64,000 nucleotides of DNA from an uncultured Acinetobacter sp. (GCA_964553005.1 CAZKJI010000001.1:2200-66199); one strand, 5' to 3'. Numbered from the stretch's first letter, positions 9,582 to 23,505 are shown. Notes: generated from the sequence alone by a model not told the origin. Program-made: numbers and translations.

Positions 9582-10499
9582 TCAATATAACGCTTTCAAC
9601 AACTCACCTGCACCCTGTTGCAATAAATCCTGTGCAAGTTGTTCACCCAATTGTTCGGCCTGATCCGCTGAACCAGACAACTGTTGTTTGAGCAAGGTTT
9701 TACCGTCCACACTGCCAACACGACCCTCAATCTGCAACTGTTGGTTATTTAGGGTTGCATAACCTGCAATTGGAACCTGACAACCGCCTTCAAGATAAGC
9801 ATTAAAGGCGCGTTCCGCACGAACACAAATCGAGGTTTCCTCATGTTGTAAAGGTCGAATGAGTTTTAATAATGTTTCATCGTCAGCACGACACTCTAAA
9901 CCAAGTGCACCTTGACCCACCGCTGGCAAACTCACAACAGGTGTTAAGCAATGACGAATTCGATCTGCCAGACCTAAACGTTTTAAACCAGCACTGGCCA
10001 AGATAATCGCATCATACAAACCATCATCCAGCTTGGATAAACGCGTCCCTACATTTCCACGTAAATCGATAATCTCTAAATCAGGGCGTAGCTGTAAAAT
10101 CTGGCATTTACGGCGCAAGCTTGAGGTTCCAACTTTTGCTCCTTGTGGCAACTCATCAAAATGTTGATATTGATTGGAAACAAACGCATCCAAAGGATCT
10201 TCACGCTCACAAATCACCGCAAGGCTTAAACCATCAGGCAGGTGCATCGGCACATCTTTCATGGAATGAACCGCCAAGTCAGCACGCCCATCCAGCAATG
10301 CAGCTTCCAGTTCCTTAACAAACAATCCCTTGCCACCAATTTTTGCCAAGGGCGTATCCAGAATTTTGTCCCCCTGGGTGACAAATTTCACCAGCTCAAC
10401 CGTCAAGTCTGGATAAAGTTCATTTAAACGAGAACGAATATGCTCTGCCTGCCACAGGGCAAGGGGGCTTTGTCGGGTCGCAATTTTTAGGGTTTTCAT
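9582..10499 (-). CDS. hemC: Hydroxymethylbilane synthase (porphobilinogen deaminase)
   Basis: [38 protein letters not shown]; start at MKTLK. Confidence 0.97.
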   Translation of the reverse strand: MKTLKIATRQSPLALWQAEHIRSRLNELYPDLTVELVKFVTQGDKILDTPLAKIGGKGLFVKELEAALLDGRADLAVHSMKDVPMHLPDGLSLAVICEREDPLDAFVSNQYQHFDELPQGAKVGTSSLRRKCQILQLRPDLEIIDLRGNVGTRLSKLDDGLYDAIILASAGLKRLGLADRIRHCLTPVVSLPAVGQGALGLECRADDETLLKLIRPLQHEETSICVRAERAFNAYLEGGCQVPIAGYATLNNQQLQIEGRVGSVDGKTLLKQQLSGSADQAEQLGEQLAQDLLQQGAGELLKALY

Positions 10500-10610
10500 A
10501 GCGCTAAATGAGGATTTGATCAAGGCAATTGTTCCCAACTTAACTTGATCACCTAAAATTGCAAGTAAAAAATCATAAAGTGCACAGCAATCATGCTGAA
10601 AATGCAGTCT

Positions 10611-11351
10611 TTAGAGCTGATGCATACACTCTCTCAGACTCGGCAAATGACGGCGACTCACCGACAGGCGTTCATCCAGCTCACGCAACCGAACCTGATA
10701 TTGTCCAGCAGCGATCAGCTCCAAACCTTCGAGATAATCAAGCGAGACCAAGGCATTGCGATGGATACGGATAAAGCGGTCTGAAAACTCCTGCTCCAAA
10801 TCCTTGAGGGTTTCATCAATAAGCACACTGCCATTTTTATGGCGTACAGTGACATATTTTTGATCAGCCAAAAAATAATAAATATTTTCCAGGGGAATCA
10901 GTTCCACACCGCGATAAGTCTTCGCAGCAATCTGATGGCGTTGGGTTTTAGTATCGTACATATCGTCTTGTTGTTGTAAACCAGTCATTTGTGCTTGTGT
11001 AAGTTGGGTTAAATGATTAAACACCTGTTGCAGGTCTTGTTGCGCAACAGGTTTAAGCAGGTATCCTTGTGCCTGAAACTTAAATGCTTCCAATGCATGC
11101 TGGTCATAGGCTGTACAGAAGATGATCGCAGGGCGTGGGTTGAGCTGACTCAACTGCTCGGCACATTCCAGACCATTCATCCCTGGCATCTGGATATCCA
11201 GCAAAACCACATCAGGCGAATCGTTTTCAATATGATCCAATACGTCTTGCCCATGATGCGCTGTTGCAACAACCTCATGCCCCATCTGCGTCACTAAACG
11301 TGACAAACGCTCTACTGCGAGAGGTTCATCATCAGCAATCAGAACTTTCAT
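10611..11351 (-). CDS. algR: LytTR-family response regulator AlgR
   Basis: REC domain (ADDEPLA, LDIQMPG, YLLKP) plus LytTR (FIRIHRNALV, VSRR); algZ-algR-hemC synteny. Confidence 0.9.
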   Translation of the reverse strand: MKVLIADDEPLAVERLSRLVTQMGHEVVATAHHGQDVLDHIENDSPDVVLLDIQMPGMNGLECAEQLSQLNPRPAIIFCTAYDQHALEAFKFQAQGYLLKPVAQQDLQQVFNHLTQLTQAQMTGLQQQDDMYDTKTQRHQIAAKTYRGVELIPLENIYYFLADQKYVTVRHKNGSVLIDETLKDLEQEFSDRFIRIHRNALVSLDYLEGLELIAAGQYQVRLRELDERLSVSRRHLPSLRECMHQL

Positions 11352-11408
11352 CCTCTCCTCCTTGTCACCGTTAACTTCATCCATCTTTTTTATGGTTCAC
11401 TGGATTTA

Positions 11409-12455
11409 TTATTTTACTCGATAGTGATAACTCACCACTGTCGTATAGAGCGATGCTCCCCCATAAATCTGAAACTTAACCGTTTGCCCATAATAGGCTT
11501 TCAGGCGCTGTTTCACATTTTCTATCGCAATTCCATTCCCTTTTCTCGATTTTATTGTATCGTGAGAATAAGGGTTAGTAATGACTATACTGACTTGATT
11601 TTGCAATATTTCAACCAATACACTGATGGTTGATGGCTGCAAAATTTTTTCCACCCCATGAAAAATACTATTCTCAAGCAAAGGTTGCAATGTTAATAGT
11701 GGGATCGTCACCCGTTTTAAGTCAATTGGCGTTGCCTGTATATTCCATTCTACCTTTAAACGCTCTCCTAACCGTATTTTTTCGATACTTAAATATTGCT
11801 GGCATAAATCAATCTCTTCCGCCAGACTCACCAGTTTAAGCTCCTGAAAGCTTGCCCTGAACAAACGGGACAAACTGATCAGCATATTTTCAGCGCGATC
11901 GGGGTCTATCGCAATCAGGCTCACCACACTGTTTAAACTGTTAAATAAAAAGTGTGGATGAATACGTGCCTGCATTGCCTGAATGCGTGCATTCAGTTCA
12001 CTGTATTGTTGTTTCAACCATTGTTCACGCATATACAGATAACGCATGCAAAACGCGCCCAGTAATACACCATAGCTTAAATGCAGGGCCACCCCCTGAA
12101 ATAAAACCTGTTCTGAAAAGTCGGTCGAGCGTGAAGCCCAGAACTGGATTATATTTACCGCACAAGTGGTAAACAAAACAACCAGTTGAAGTAAAATAAA
12201 GCCTAAAATTAATGCCATTTTTTGACTAAATTTGGCAAAAAACTCCTGAAAATAATCAACCAGTGCAGAAAAAGACAAAATTACCCAGTTAATAAAGCAG
12301 ATATATTGCAAGACACGGAGACTTTCCAGCGCTTGCCATGAACGTGCTTCCGACAGCGCCAACACCATCGCCAACACATTACTGGCAACAATTAATTCCA
12401 ATAAGTGTTGCCATTGCCCAATTTTCGTAAAAAAATAGGACCCTGCTGGACTCAT
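11409..12455 (-). CDS. LytS-type sensor histidine kinase AlgZ/FimS
   Basis: QARIHPHFLFNSLN, LQPLLENSIFHG; several TM helices; start uncertain (the track ORF to 12623 overlaps argH). Confidence 0.85.
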   Translation of the reverse strand: MSPAGSYFFTKIGQWQHLLELIVASNVLAMVLALSEARSWQALESLRVLQYICFINWVILSFSALVDYFQEFFAKFSQKMALILGFILLQLVVLFTTCAVNIIQFWASRSTDFSEQVLFQGVALHLSYGVLLGAFCMRYLYMREQWLKQQYSELNARIQAMQARIHPHFLFNSLNSVVSLIAIDPDRAENMLISLSRLFRASFQELKLVSLAEEIDLCQQYLSIEKIRLGERLKVEWNIQATPIDLKRVTIPLLTLQPLLENSIFHGVEKILQPSTISVLVEILQNQVSIVITNPYSHDTIKSRKGNGIAIENVKQRLKAYYGQTVKFQIYGGASLYTTVVSYHYRVK

Positions 12456-12541
12456 TTGACGTGTTTTCGATAACTTCTTGCCTCGAATTTCAGCAACTAC
12501 GTTTGGATTTGCTATACTCTTTTTTATTTTACTGAGCCGCC

Positions 12542-13975
12542 ATGACCACATCTTCTCAATCCTCTTCTTCAGCAAGCCCAAACCAAACCTCTGGCATGTG
12601 GGGCGGTCGCTTCTCTGAAGCAACCGATGCTTTTGTTGCAGAATTTACCGCATCTGTACAATTTGACCAACGTTTTTATAAACAGGATATTGCGGGTTCA
12701 ATTGCCCATGCAACCATGCTGGCCAAGGTTGGGGTACTGACTGAAGCCGAACGTGACGACATTATTCTGGGTTTAAGCACCATTCAGGCCGAAATTGAAG
12801 CAGGTCAGTTTGAATGGCGCATTGATCTGGAAGATGTACACATGAACATTGAGTCTCGCTTGACTCAACGCATTGGCATCACAGGTAAAAAACTGCATAC
12901 AGGCCGTAGCCGTAATGATCAGGTGGCAACTGACATCCGTTTATATTTGCGTGATGAAATCGATGACATCCTGACTATTTTACAGCGTTTACAAAATGGC
13001 ATTCTGCAACTAGCAACTAAAAACACCAATACCATCATGCCAGGTTTTACCCATCTACAAACTGCTCAGCCTGTGACTTTTGGTCATCACCTATTGGCTT
13101 GGTTTGAGATGTTGGTGCGTGATACTGAACGCTTACAGGACTGCCGTAAACGCGTCAACCGCATGCCACTTGGCTCAGCAGCATTGGCTGGCACAACCTA
13201 TCCAATTGACCGTGCCTACACCGCAGAACTACTAGGTTTCGAAGCTGTTTCTGAAAATTCGCTTGATGCTGTTTCTGATCGTGACTTTGCCATTGAATTT
13301 AATGCGGCGGCATCTTTGATTATGATGCATCTGTCACGTATGTCAGAAGAACTGATTTTATGGACTTCAGCACAGTTCAAGTTTGTGAATATTCCAGACC
13401 GCTTCTGTACGGGCTCATCTATCATGCCGCAGAAGAAAAACCCAGATGTTCCTGAGTTAGTACGTGGTAAATCAGGTCGCGTGTTTGGTGATTTGATTAG
13501 TTTATTAACACTAATGAAAGGTCAACCATTGGCATATAACAAAGACAACCAAGAAGATAAAGAGCCTTTGTTTGATGCAATTGATACCGTTCGTGGTTGC
13601 TTAATGGCCTTTGCAGATATGGTGCCTGCACTCGTTCCAAACATTGAAATTATGCGTGAAGCAGCGCTTCGTGGTTTCTCTACAGCAACCGACCTTGCAG
13701 ACTACCTCGTCAAAAAAGGCGTTGCTTTCCGCGATGCCCATGAAATTGTGGGTAAAGCGGTTGCTTTAGGTGTGTCAGAAGAAAAAGATTTATCTGAATT
13801 GACACTGGAACAGCTTCAACAATTCTCTGACCTGATTACAGCAGATGTATTTGATAAAGCCTTGACTTTGGAGGCCTCTGTCAACGCCCGCGACCACATT
13901 GGCGGCACAGCACCAAAACAGGTTGAAGCCGCGATTGCCCGTGCCCACAGCCGCCTAGAACAGTTATACGCTTAA
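12542..13975 (+). CDS. argH: Argininosuccinate lyase
   Basis: [27 protein letters not shown] signature. Confidence 0.98.
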   Translation: MTTSSQSSSSASPNQTSGMWGGRFSEATDAFVAEFTASVQFDQRFYKQDIAGSIAHATMLAKVGVLTEAERDDIILGLSTIQAEIEAGQFEWRIDLEDVHMNIESRLTQRIGITGKKLHTGRSRNDQVATDIRLYLRDEIDDILTILQRLQNGILQLATKNTNTIMPGFTHLQTAQPVTFGHHLLAWFEMLVRDTERLQDCRKRVNRMPLGSAALAGTTYPIDRAYTAELLGFEAVSENSLDAVSDRDFAIEFNAAASLIMMHLSRMSEELILWTSAQFKFVNIPDRFCTGSSIMPQKKNPDVPELVRGKSGRVFGDLISLLTLMKGQPLAYNKDNQEDKEPLFDAIDTVRGCLMAFADMVPALVPNIEIMREAALRGFSTATDLADYLVKKGVAFRDAHEIVGKAVALGVSEEKDLSELTLEQLQQFSDLITADVFDKALTLEASVNARDHIGGTAPKQVEAAIARAHSRLEQLYA

Positions 13976-13984
13976 GGATTGATG

Positions 13985-14257
13985 ATGACTAGACAAGTAT
14001 TTTGCCGTAAGTACAAACAGGAACTTGAGGGCTTGGACTTTGCACCATTTCCAGGCGCGAAAGGACAGGAATTTTTTGAAACAGTTTCAAAACAGGCCTG
14101 GCAGGAATGGCTAAAACATCAAACCACACTCATCAATGAAAAACGTTTGAATGTGTTTGAGCCTGACGCAAAAAAGTTTTTGGAAGAACAACGTGAAAAG
14201 TTCTTTAACAATGATGAAAGTGTAGAAAAAGCAGAGGGTTGGACTGAGCAAAAATAA
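13985..14257 (+). CDS. yggX: Fe(II)-trafficking / oxidative damage protection protein YggX
   Basis: VFC...[18 protein letters not shown] family motif. Confidence 0.92.
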   Translation: MTRQVFCRKYKQELEGLDFAPFPGAKGQEFFETVSKQAWQEWLKHQTTLINEKRLNVFEPDAKKFLEEQREKFFNNDESVEKAEGWTEQK

Positions 14258-14281
14258 GCACTACGATCGAATATCGCTATC

Positions 14282-14311
14282 GGGGAGAGCCGATTTTTCA
14301 GCTCTCTTTTT
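14282..14311 (+). terminator. Probable terminator of argH-yggX
   Basis: GAGAGCcGA-tttt-TCaGCTCTC followed by TTTTT. Confidence 0.55.
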
Positions 14312-14399
14312 ACCCAATATTTACACAAGTAATAAAGCTTTACACAGTATACACAGTTGTCTACATGACATATAAACTGAATATGCTTATATTGAATCT

Positions 14400-14484
14400 T
14401 AAGAAAGATAAAGAGATACGATGAGATCTCAAAATGCATGATATTTCTCTCCCAGACTTTTCCCCCGAAGTCTGGGATTTTTTT
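14400..14484 (+). ncRNA. Candidate small RNA (~85 nt)
   Basis: ATGACA-17 bp-TATATT promoter at 14365-14393; 10-bp terminator stem plus T7 at 14450-14484; both neighbouring genes have their own terminators. Confidence 0.55.
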
Positions 14485-14501
14485 ATCCATCAATTTTAAA
14501 T

Positions 14502-14532
14502 AAAAAAAAAGCCACCGAATCATCAGTGGCTT
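14502..14532 (-). terminator. Intrinsic terminator of phoU
   Basis: Minus strand AAGCCACTGA-tga-TTCGGTGGCTT followed by a long T run. Confidence 0.75.
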
Positions 14533-14550
14533 CGCTGTTGTTTTGAGACA

Positions 14551-15273
14551 TTATTTCTGATGAACTTTTTGTTCAATTTCTTCAATGCTGGTATGACGTA
14601 CATCCATCCCTTTCGCCATATAAATCACTTGTTCAGAAATATTACGTGCGTGATCACCAATTCGTTCTAAGGAACGTAGTACCCACATGACATTGATAAC
14701 ACGCGTAATATGGCGCGGATCTTCAATCATATAGGTCATTAGGGTACGCGTTGCCGACTGGTATTCACGATCAATATCCACATCTGCCATCACCACCTTT
14801 AAGGCCTGATCGACATCCAGACGGGCAAAGGCATCCAGCGCATCGTGAATCATCACACGAACCTGATTGCCAATATGACGGGTTTCCATATAACCACGTG
14901 GCGACTCACCCTCTTCACACAAATTTTGGGCAATACGTGCAATTTTTGAAGCTTCATCACCAATACGTTCAAGATCAGTATTGGCCTTGCTCATTGCAAT
15001 CACCATACGCAGGTCAATCGCTGCGGGATGACGACGCGCCAAAATCAGGGTGAGACCCTCATCAATATCGCGTTCATATTGATTTACGACATTGTCCTTA
15101 AACTGAACATCCATCGCCAAGTTTGCATCGGTATCCAGCAAGGCGTGGATTGAATTGGCAACCTGTTGTTCAACCAGCCCCCCCATGGTCATAAACTTGG
15201 TATGCACATCTTGTAAGTCTTCATTAAATTGTGAAGAAATATGGTGACTTAACACAGGATTACTTGGACTCAC
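14551..15273 (-). CDS. phoU: Phosphate signalling complex protein PhoU
   Basis: HISSQFNEDL, MGGLVEQQ, DLERIGD and SLERIGDHARNI repeats; GTG start. Confidence 0.96.
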   Translation of the reverse strand: MSPSNPVLSHHISSQFNEDLQDVHTKFMTMGGLVEQQVANSIHALLDTDANLAMDVQFKDNVVNQYERDIDEGLTLILARRHPAAIDLRMVIAMSKANTDLERIGDEASKIARIAQNLCEEGESPRGYMETRHIGNQVRVMIHDALDAFARLDVDQALKVVMADVDIDREYQSATRTLMTYMIEDPRHITRVINVMWVLRSLERIGDHARNISEQVIYMAKGMDVRHTSIEEIEQKVHQK

Positions 15274-15327
15274 AGTATGCCTCCACTAGACACATGTAAA
15301 ATAATGGGTGATTAAAACACAGCAATC

Positions 15328-15345
15328 ATGAAAGTTTTATGACAA
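15328..15345 (-). promoter_or_regulatory. Pho box (PhoB site) upstream of phoU
   Basis: Minus strand TTGTCAT-AAAA-CTTTCAT versus consensus CTGTCAT-N4-CTGTCAY. Confidence 0.75.
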
Positions 15346-15416
15346 TAACATGCCTATGCGCAAATGATGCGAATTGATACAACAAAAAGCCAAAAAGCTG
15401 TTAATCTTTAGCAATC

Positions 15417-15522
15417 GCTTGACGGAGCGCAGTTAAAGAACTGCTGAGATTATCTTAATCGCAAGATTTAAAGATAAGTACCGTTGAACCTGATCAGGTT
15501 AACACCTGCGTAGGAATCAAGC
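15417..15522 (+). ncRNA. TPP riboswitch aptamer
   Basis: P1 GCTTGA/TCAAGC, conserved GCTGAGA and ACCTGATCAGGTTAAcACCTGCGTAGGAA; upstream of thiC. Confidence 0.95.
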
Positions 15523-15592
15523 CCAACAAAAACCCAGCCCAGTTTTATCCATTTTTCAGGATAAATCCGCCATCGTTTTTGGTCGCGCTTGA

Positions 15593-17518
<1,926 letters not shown>

Positions 17519-17593
17519 ATCGGCTAAAAAAAGATTTTCCCACGAATCATTCTCGGTTAGGATGAGATATGTACAATCTCATCCTGATTGAAA

Positions 17594-18208
17594 ATGAATA
17601 TTCTTGACCACGCCAGCTATTCAGCATCCGACGTTACGATAGAATCCCGAGAGCCGATCTTTCGGGGATTCATTCAAGTTGAGAAAGTGAGTTTTCGGCA
17701 CCGACTGTTTAATCAGCCAGACTATTATTCACCCTTGATTCAGCGTGAGCTGATCCATCGTCCAGAAGCTGCTGGCGTGTTGCTTTATAATGACCAACAA
17801 CAACGTTTTGCACTGATTGAGCAGTTTCGGGTCGGTGCATTAAATGATCCTGTCTCAGCATGGCAGCTTGAAGTGATTGCTGGTGTGCTGGATGGCGATG
17901 AAGCGCCAGAAGACTGTATTCGCCGAGAAAGTCTGGAAGAGTCAGGCTGTGAGGTGCAGCAATTACAGCATTTATTTAGTTTTTATCCCTCTGCGGGGGC
18001 ATGCTCTGAATTTTTTCACTTGTATGCAGCAGAAGTAGAATTACCAAAAATAGGAGGCATCTTTGGGATGCCAGATGAAGGGGAGAACATCCAGCTTCAT
18101 TTATTTGATTATTCAGAACTCGACACTTTACTAAAGAATGGACGTTTGAGAAATGCACCTGTGATTATGGCATTGCAGTGGCTGGCTCAACACTTACAAC
18201 AACGATAA
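17594..18208 (+). CDS. nudF: ADP-ribose pyrophosphatase (Nudix)
   Basis: IEQFRVG, Nudix box AGVLD...RESLEESG, YPSAG, EGENI; nudF-cpdA synteny. Confidence 0.85.
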   Translation: MNILDHASYSASDVTIESREPIFRGFIQVEKVSFRHRLFNQPDYYSPLIQRELIHRPEAAGVLLYNDQQQRFALIEQFRVGALNDPVSAWQLEVIAGVLDGDEAPEDCIRRESLEESGCEVQQLQHLFSFYPSAGACSEFFHLYAAEVELPKIGGIFGMPDEGENIQLHLFDYSELDTLLKNGRLRNAPVIMALQWLAQHLQQR

Positions 18209-18229
18209 GAATCTGAGGGGCTACACACG

Positions 18230-19045
18230 GTGACTTTCCAGGTCTCAGCGTTATCACAAAATGATTTTGTGATGATACAGATTACTGATACCCACTTACT
18301 GGAGTATCCGCATCTGGAGTTTGTCGGGATGCATCCCGAGCAAAGCTTTCATGCAGTAATCGACTTGATGCGCCAGCAGCACCCCCATATTGACCTGATT
18401 GTGCATACAGGTGACCTAGCTCAGAATCCGACACCAGTGACCTACAATCGCTATCTGCAACATATGCAGAGTCTGGGTATTCCTTTCTTCCACACCCCAG
18501 GTAATCATGATGATGTTGCCTATTTCCCTTTCCATGAAAGCGACCATACACAGGCAACTGTGGTTGAGCTTGGCAAATGGTGCATCATTTTATTGAACAG
18601 CGCACAGCCGCAACGCATTGATGGAAAAATCGCGGATGGTCAGTTAGAACAGTTGAGCAATCTATTGGAACAGCTAAAAGACCGCTATGTGGTCATTGCC
18701 TGTCATCACCATCCCTTTGCAATGCAGTCGGCATGGATTGACCAGCACAAATTAAAGAATTCCTCTGACCTGCTGGACACCATCCAGCCCTTTTCCAATG
18801 TAAAAGCGATTGTCTGCGGTCATGTGCATCAGGATTCCATTCATAGCTGGCAGGGTGTCGACTTTTTATCGACTCCCTCCACCTGTATTCAATTCAAGCC
18901 GAAAAGTGAAAAATTCGCCCTAGATGAAGAACATCCGGGTTACCGCTTTATTAAACTCAAAGCAAACGGAGAAATCGAAACTCAGGTCTATCGTTTATCA
19001 ACTTCACAGCGAATGAATAGCTCTGAAGTCTTGGGATATGACTAA
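18230..19045 (+). CDS. cpdA: 3',5'-cyclic AMP phosphodiesterase
   Basis: QITDTH, TGDL, GNHD, HHHP, GHVH, TPSTCIQF metallophosphoesterase motifs. Confidence 0.9.
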   Translation: MTFQVSALSQNDFVMIQITDTHLLEYPHLEFVGMHPEQSFHAVIDLMRQQHPHIDLIVHTGDLAQNPTPVTYNRYLQHMQSLGIPFFHTPGNHDDVAYFPFHESDHTQATVVELGKWCIILLNSAQPQRIDGKIADGQLEQLSNLLEQLKDRYVVIACHHHPFAMQSAWIDQHKLKNSSDLLDTIQPFSNVKAIVCGHVHQDSIHSWQGVDFLSTPSTCIQFKPKSEKFALDEEHPGYRFIKLKANGEIETQVYRLSTSQRMNSSEVLGYD

Positions 19046-19234
19046 ACTTTTGATTACAAATTACATTCTCGTTTTCTCACGAAATCTAGACAGGAATGAC
19101 TACCATCTTGTCTAAAAACTCTATATGATGACGGCCCCTGATGGAAAAAACCATCTTCGGTTTGTATAAAAACACTTGCATATCACCATATTTTTTGCGT
19201 ATAGATAGTACGTGTATGATGAGGAATGCCCTAT

Positions 19235-19768
19235 ATGGCGAATGACAACCAAAATCAAGTCCTGGACGAACAGACAGAAGTGATTGACGATCAAAAAGCG
19301 CCTGCAAAACGTGTGCGTAAAACCAAGCCCAAGTCTACGGAAAGTGGAACCACTGCAAGCTTGTTTGGTATCGCACCTTATCAGCCAAAGAAAAACGAAG
19401 AATATATGTCTGAAGGGCAGCTTGAGCATTTCCGCCAGATTTTAAATGCATGGAAAGCCGAGTTAATGTCTGAAGTTGACCGTACCCTGAACACCATGCA
19501 GGATGAATCAACTGCACTACCTGATGTCAATGACCGAGCAACACAGGAAGAAGAGTTTGCGATTGAGTTGCGTACCCGTGACCGTGAGCGTAAATTGATT
19601 CGTAAAATCGAACAGTCGATTGAGGCGATCCAGAACGAAGACTATGGTTTCTGTGAAACCTGTGGTATCGAGATTGGTCTACGCCGTCTGGAAGCACGCC
19701 CAACAGCAACGCTCTGTATCGATTGCAAAACTTTGGCAGAAATCAAAGAAAAGCAAAACAACGGTTAA
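19235..19768 (+). CDS. dksA: RNA polymerase-binding protein DksA
   Basis: DVNDRA coiled-coil tip; CETC...CIDC zinc finger. Confidence 0.97.
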   Translation: MANDNQNQVLDEQTEVIDDQKAPAKRVRKTKPKSTESGTTASLFGIAPYQPKKNEEYMSEGQLEHFRQILNAWKAELMSEVDRTLNTMQDESTALPDVNDRATQEEEFAIELRTRDRERKLIRKIEQSIEAIQNEDYGFCETCGIEIGLRRLEARPTATLCIDCKTLAEIKEKQNNG

Positions 19769-19770
19769 TT

Positions 19771-20712
19771 TTGACAACCGTGTTAAGCCATGAAGCGAAG
19801 CACAGCTTCGCTCTTGCGCAGCGGCAAAGCGATACTTTGCTTAATCGTCGCTCATACATCGGACGTTTTGCCCCCTCTCCCACTGGCCCCTTACATTTTG
19901 GGTCCCTGCTTACCGCAGTCGCAAGCTATTGTGATGCCAAGGCCAATCATGGCAAATGGCTGGTTCGCATTGAAGACACCGACATTCCACGCATTTATCC
20001 CAATAGTGAAGCCCACATTCTATCCTGTATTGATGCATTTCAGTTTGAACCTGATGCCGAAATCATTTTCCAGAAAGATCGTTTAGAGCTTTATGAACAG
20101 GTGCTTGAACAGCTTAAACAAATCCAAGCAGTTTATGCCTGTCAATGCACACGTAAAATGCTGGGTTCCAATCATATCTATGCAGGTACTTGTCGTGACC
20201 TCCGTCTTGATTTCAACCAGCAAGCGATTCGCCTAAAGGTCGCTGATCAGCTCATTTGTTTCGATGATCGTTTACAAGGCCGACAATGCTCAAACTTGCA
20301 ACATGATCTCGGCGATTTTGTGCTAAAACGCCGAGATGGCATTATCAGCTACCAATTGGCTGTCGTGGTCGATGATTATTTACAGGGGATTACCCATGTG
20401 GTGCGTGGCGCAGACCTACTGGATAACACAGCACGGCAAATCTGGCTGGGTTCACTGTTAAATTATCCCGTTTTAAACTATATGCATTTACCCCTCGCCA
20501 TGAATGATCAGGGACAAAAACTGTCAAAGCAAAATATGGCACAGGCACTCGATACTACTAAAGCCCCCAAACTGCTACAGCAGGCGATTTTAGCACTGGG
20601 GCAGCCTGATGTTGAACTTGACCAGCCCCGAACCATGCTGGAACAAGCAGTTCGGCAGTGGAATATGGATTTAATTCCAAAAGGTAGTCAGTTGGCTGGA
20701 ATATACCTATAG
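19771..20712 (+). CDS. gluQ: Glutamyl-Q tRNA(Asp) synthetase
   Basis: GRFAPSPTGPLHFGS, RIEDTD, KLSKQ; no anticodon-binding domain; follows dksA; start uncertain (TTG 19771 or 19837). Confidence 0.92.
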   Translation: MTTVLSHEAKHSFALAQRQSDTLLNRRSYIGRFAPSPTGPLHFGSLLTAVASYCDAKANHGKWLVRIEDTDIPRIYPNSEAHILSCIDAFQFEPDAEIIFQKDRLELYEQVLEQLKQIQAVYACQCTRKMLGSNHIYAGTCRDLRLDFNQQAIRLKVADQLICFDDRLQGRQCSNLQHDLGDFVLKRRDGIISYQLAVVVDDYLQGITHVVRGADLLDNTARQIWLGSLLNYPVLNYMHLPLAMNDQGQKLSKQNMAQALDTTKAPKLLQQAILALGQPDVELDQPRTMLEQAVRQWNMDLIPKGSQLAGIYL

Positions 20713-20717
20713 GCAAT

Positions 20718-20747
20718 AAAAAAGCCCTATGCATGGCAAAGGGCTTC
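20718..20747. terminator. Terminator hairpin between convergent gluQ and ftsW
   Basis: AAGCCCT...AGGGCTT inverted repeat with an A run on the left. Confidence 0.6.
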
Positions 20748-20771
20748 TGTAAAACTTTCAAGCTTGATTAA

Positions 20772-21977
20772 CTAGAAGTTTGATTCTTCTTTTACTGGAT
20801 TCAACTCTTGCGTTGATGCATCAATTTTCAGAATCAGACTGATCATGGCTGCACACATCATCAATGACGTACCCCCATAACTAATGAATGGCAATGTTAA
20901 ACCTTTAGTTGGCATCAAGCCCATATTCATGCCCGCATTCACCAAAATCTGTAGCAGGAAAATAATACTGATGCCATAAGCCAGATAACCTGCACGCAGG
21001 TAGTTATGCTGCAATGCACGATGCCCGATACGCATACAGCATGCCAGCATGGTAAATGACAGTACCATCACAATAGTCACGCCAACAAAACCAAACTCCT
21101 CACCCAGAACTGCCAACATAAAGTCGGTATGCGCTTCTGGAAGATAGGACAGCTTCTGGACACTGTGTCCCAGTCCTGTTCCAAGCCATTCACCACGTCC
21201 AAATGCCATCAATGCATTGGAAAGCTGGTAGCCAACACCCAGTGGGTCAGCCCAGGGATTGGTAAATGAAATCAGGCGCTGAAAACGGAAAGGCTCTAAC
21301 AGGATCAGTGCCGTCACACCCGCAACAATTGCCCCCAGCATAATCAGGAACTGTGTAGCTGGCGCGCCTGCAAGGAAAAATACCCCCACCATCATCAGGA
21401 CAATCACGACTGTTGCACCCAAGTCAGGTTCAGCCACAATGAAGCCAACGGTCAGTGCCATGACACCACTCAGGCGCAATAGGCCTTTCCAGTGCGTTCG
21501 TACCTCTTTGGCACGGCGTACCACATAGTCAGCAGTGAAAATTGCCATTACAATCTTGGCAATTTCAGTTGGCTGCAAGGTAAAGCTACCGACCTTAATC
21601 CAGCGGTGTGCCCCATTGACTTCAGAACCCACCACCAGTACAGCAAGCAGCAAGATAATGGTAATCAGCCATAACGGGAATGCATTTTTAAACCACAGGT
21701 TCAGGGAGACCCGATAGGTTAAAAATGCCACCACCGCCGCAACCACAATCGAGATGCCATGACGAACCAGGAAGTAGAATGGATTCTCATGAATATACTC
21801 CGCATAAGGCATTGAGGCTGATGCCACCATGATTGAGCCGAAACACAGCAAGGAAATCACGCAAAAAATCAGGATATTGCGTGCTGTCATTTCAGCAGGA
21901 AGCTTAGGCAGGCGATTCAACACATGTGAAATCTTCTGTACAGTCTTTTGTATAGCGTTTTGGGCTAAATCAGCCAT
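20772..21977 (-). CDS. ftsW: Peptidoglycan polymerase FtsW (SEDS family)
   Basis: NGAHRWI, QPTEIAK, EPDLG, YLPEAHTDF, LPFISYGG. Confidence 0.96.
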   Translation of the reverse strand: MADLAQNAIQKTVQKISHVLNRLPKLPAEMTARNILIFCVISLLCFGSIMVASASMPYAEYIHENPFYFLVRHGISIVVAAVVAFLTYRVSLNLWFKNAFPLWLITIILLLAVLVVGSEVNGAHRWIKVGSFTLQPTEIAKIVMAIFTADYVVRRAKEVRTHWKGLLRLSGVMALTVGFIVAEPDLGATVVIVLMMVGVFFLAGAPATQFLIMLGAIVAGVTALILLEPFRFQRLISFTNPWADPLGVGYQLSNALMAFGRGEWLGTGLGHSVQKLSYLPEAHTDFMLAVLGEEFGFVGVTIVMVLSFTMLACCMRIGHRALQHNYLRAGYLAYGISIIFLLQILVNAGMNMGLMPTKGLTLPFISYGGTSLMMCAAMISLILKIDASTQELNPVKEESNF

Positions 21978-21987
21978 AACTCTGTCC

Positions 21988-23385
<1,398 letters not shown>

Positions 23386-23505
23386 TTAGCACTTTACTGT
23401 TTTAAATGCTTTTTCAGTTTTGGTTTTATTCAGGCTTTTTTGTGTCAGTGCGTAAAAGCAAACAGGATTGCCTAGATCTTAAATATGAGCAATCCTTAAT
23501 TCTGG

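Noticed and set aside
12456-12623. 57-residue N-terminal extension of AlgZ/FimS overlapping argH
   Set aside because: It overlaps the argH start on the opposite strand and looks like an ORF-caller over-extension; a downstream start leaves a normal divergent gap
14119-14523. 134-aa minus-strand ORF across the yggX-phoU gap
   Set aside because: It is antisense to yggX, runs through three terminator hairpins and has no SD or protein-like composition
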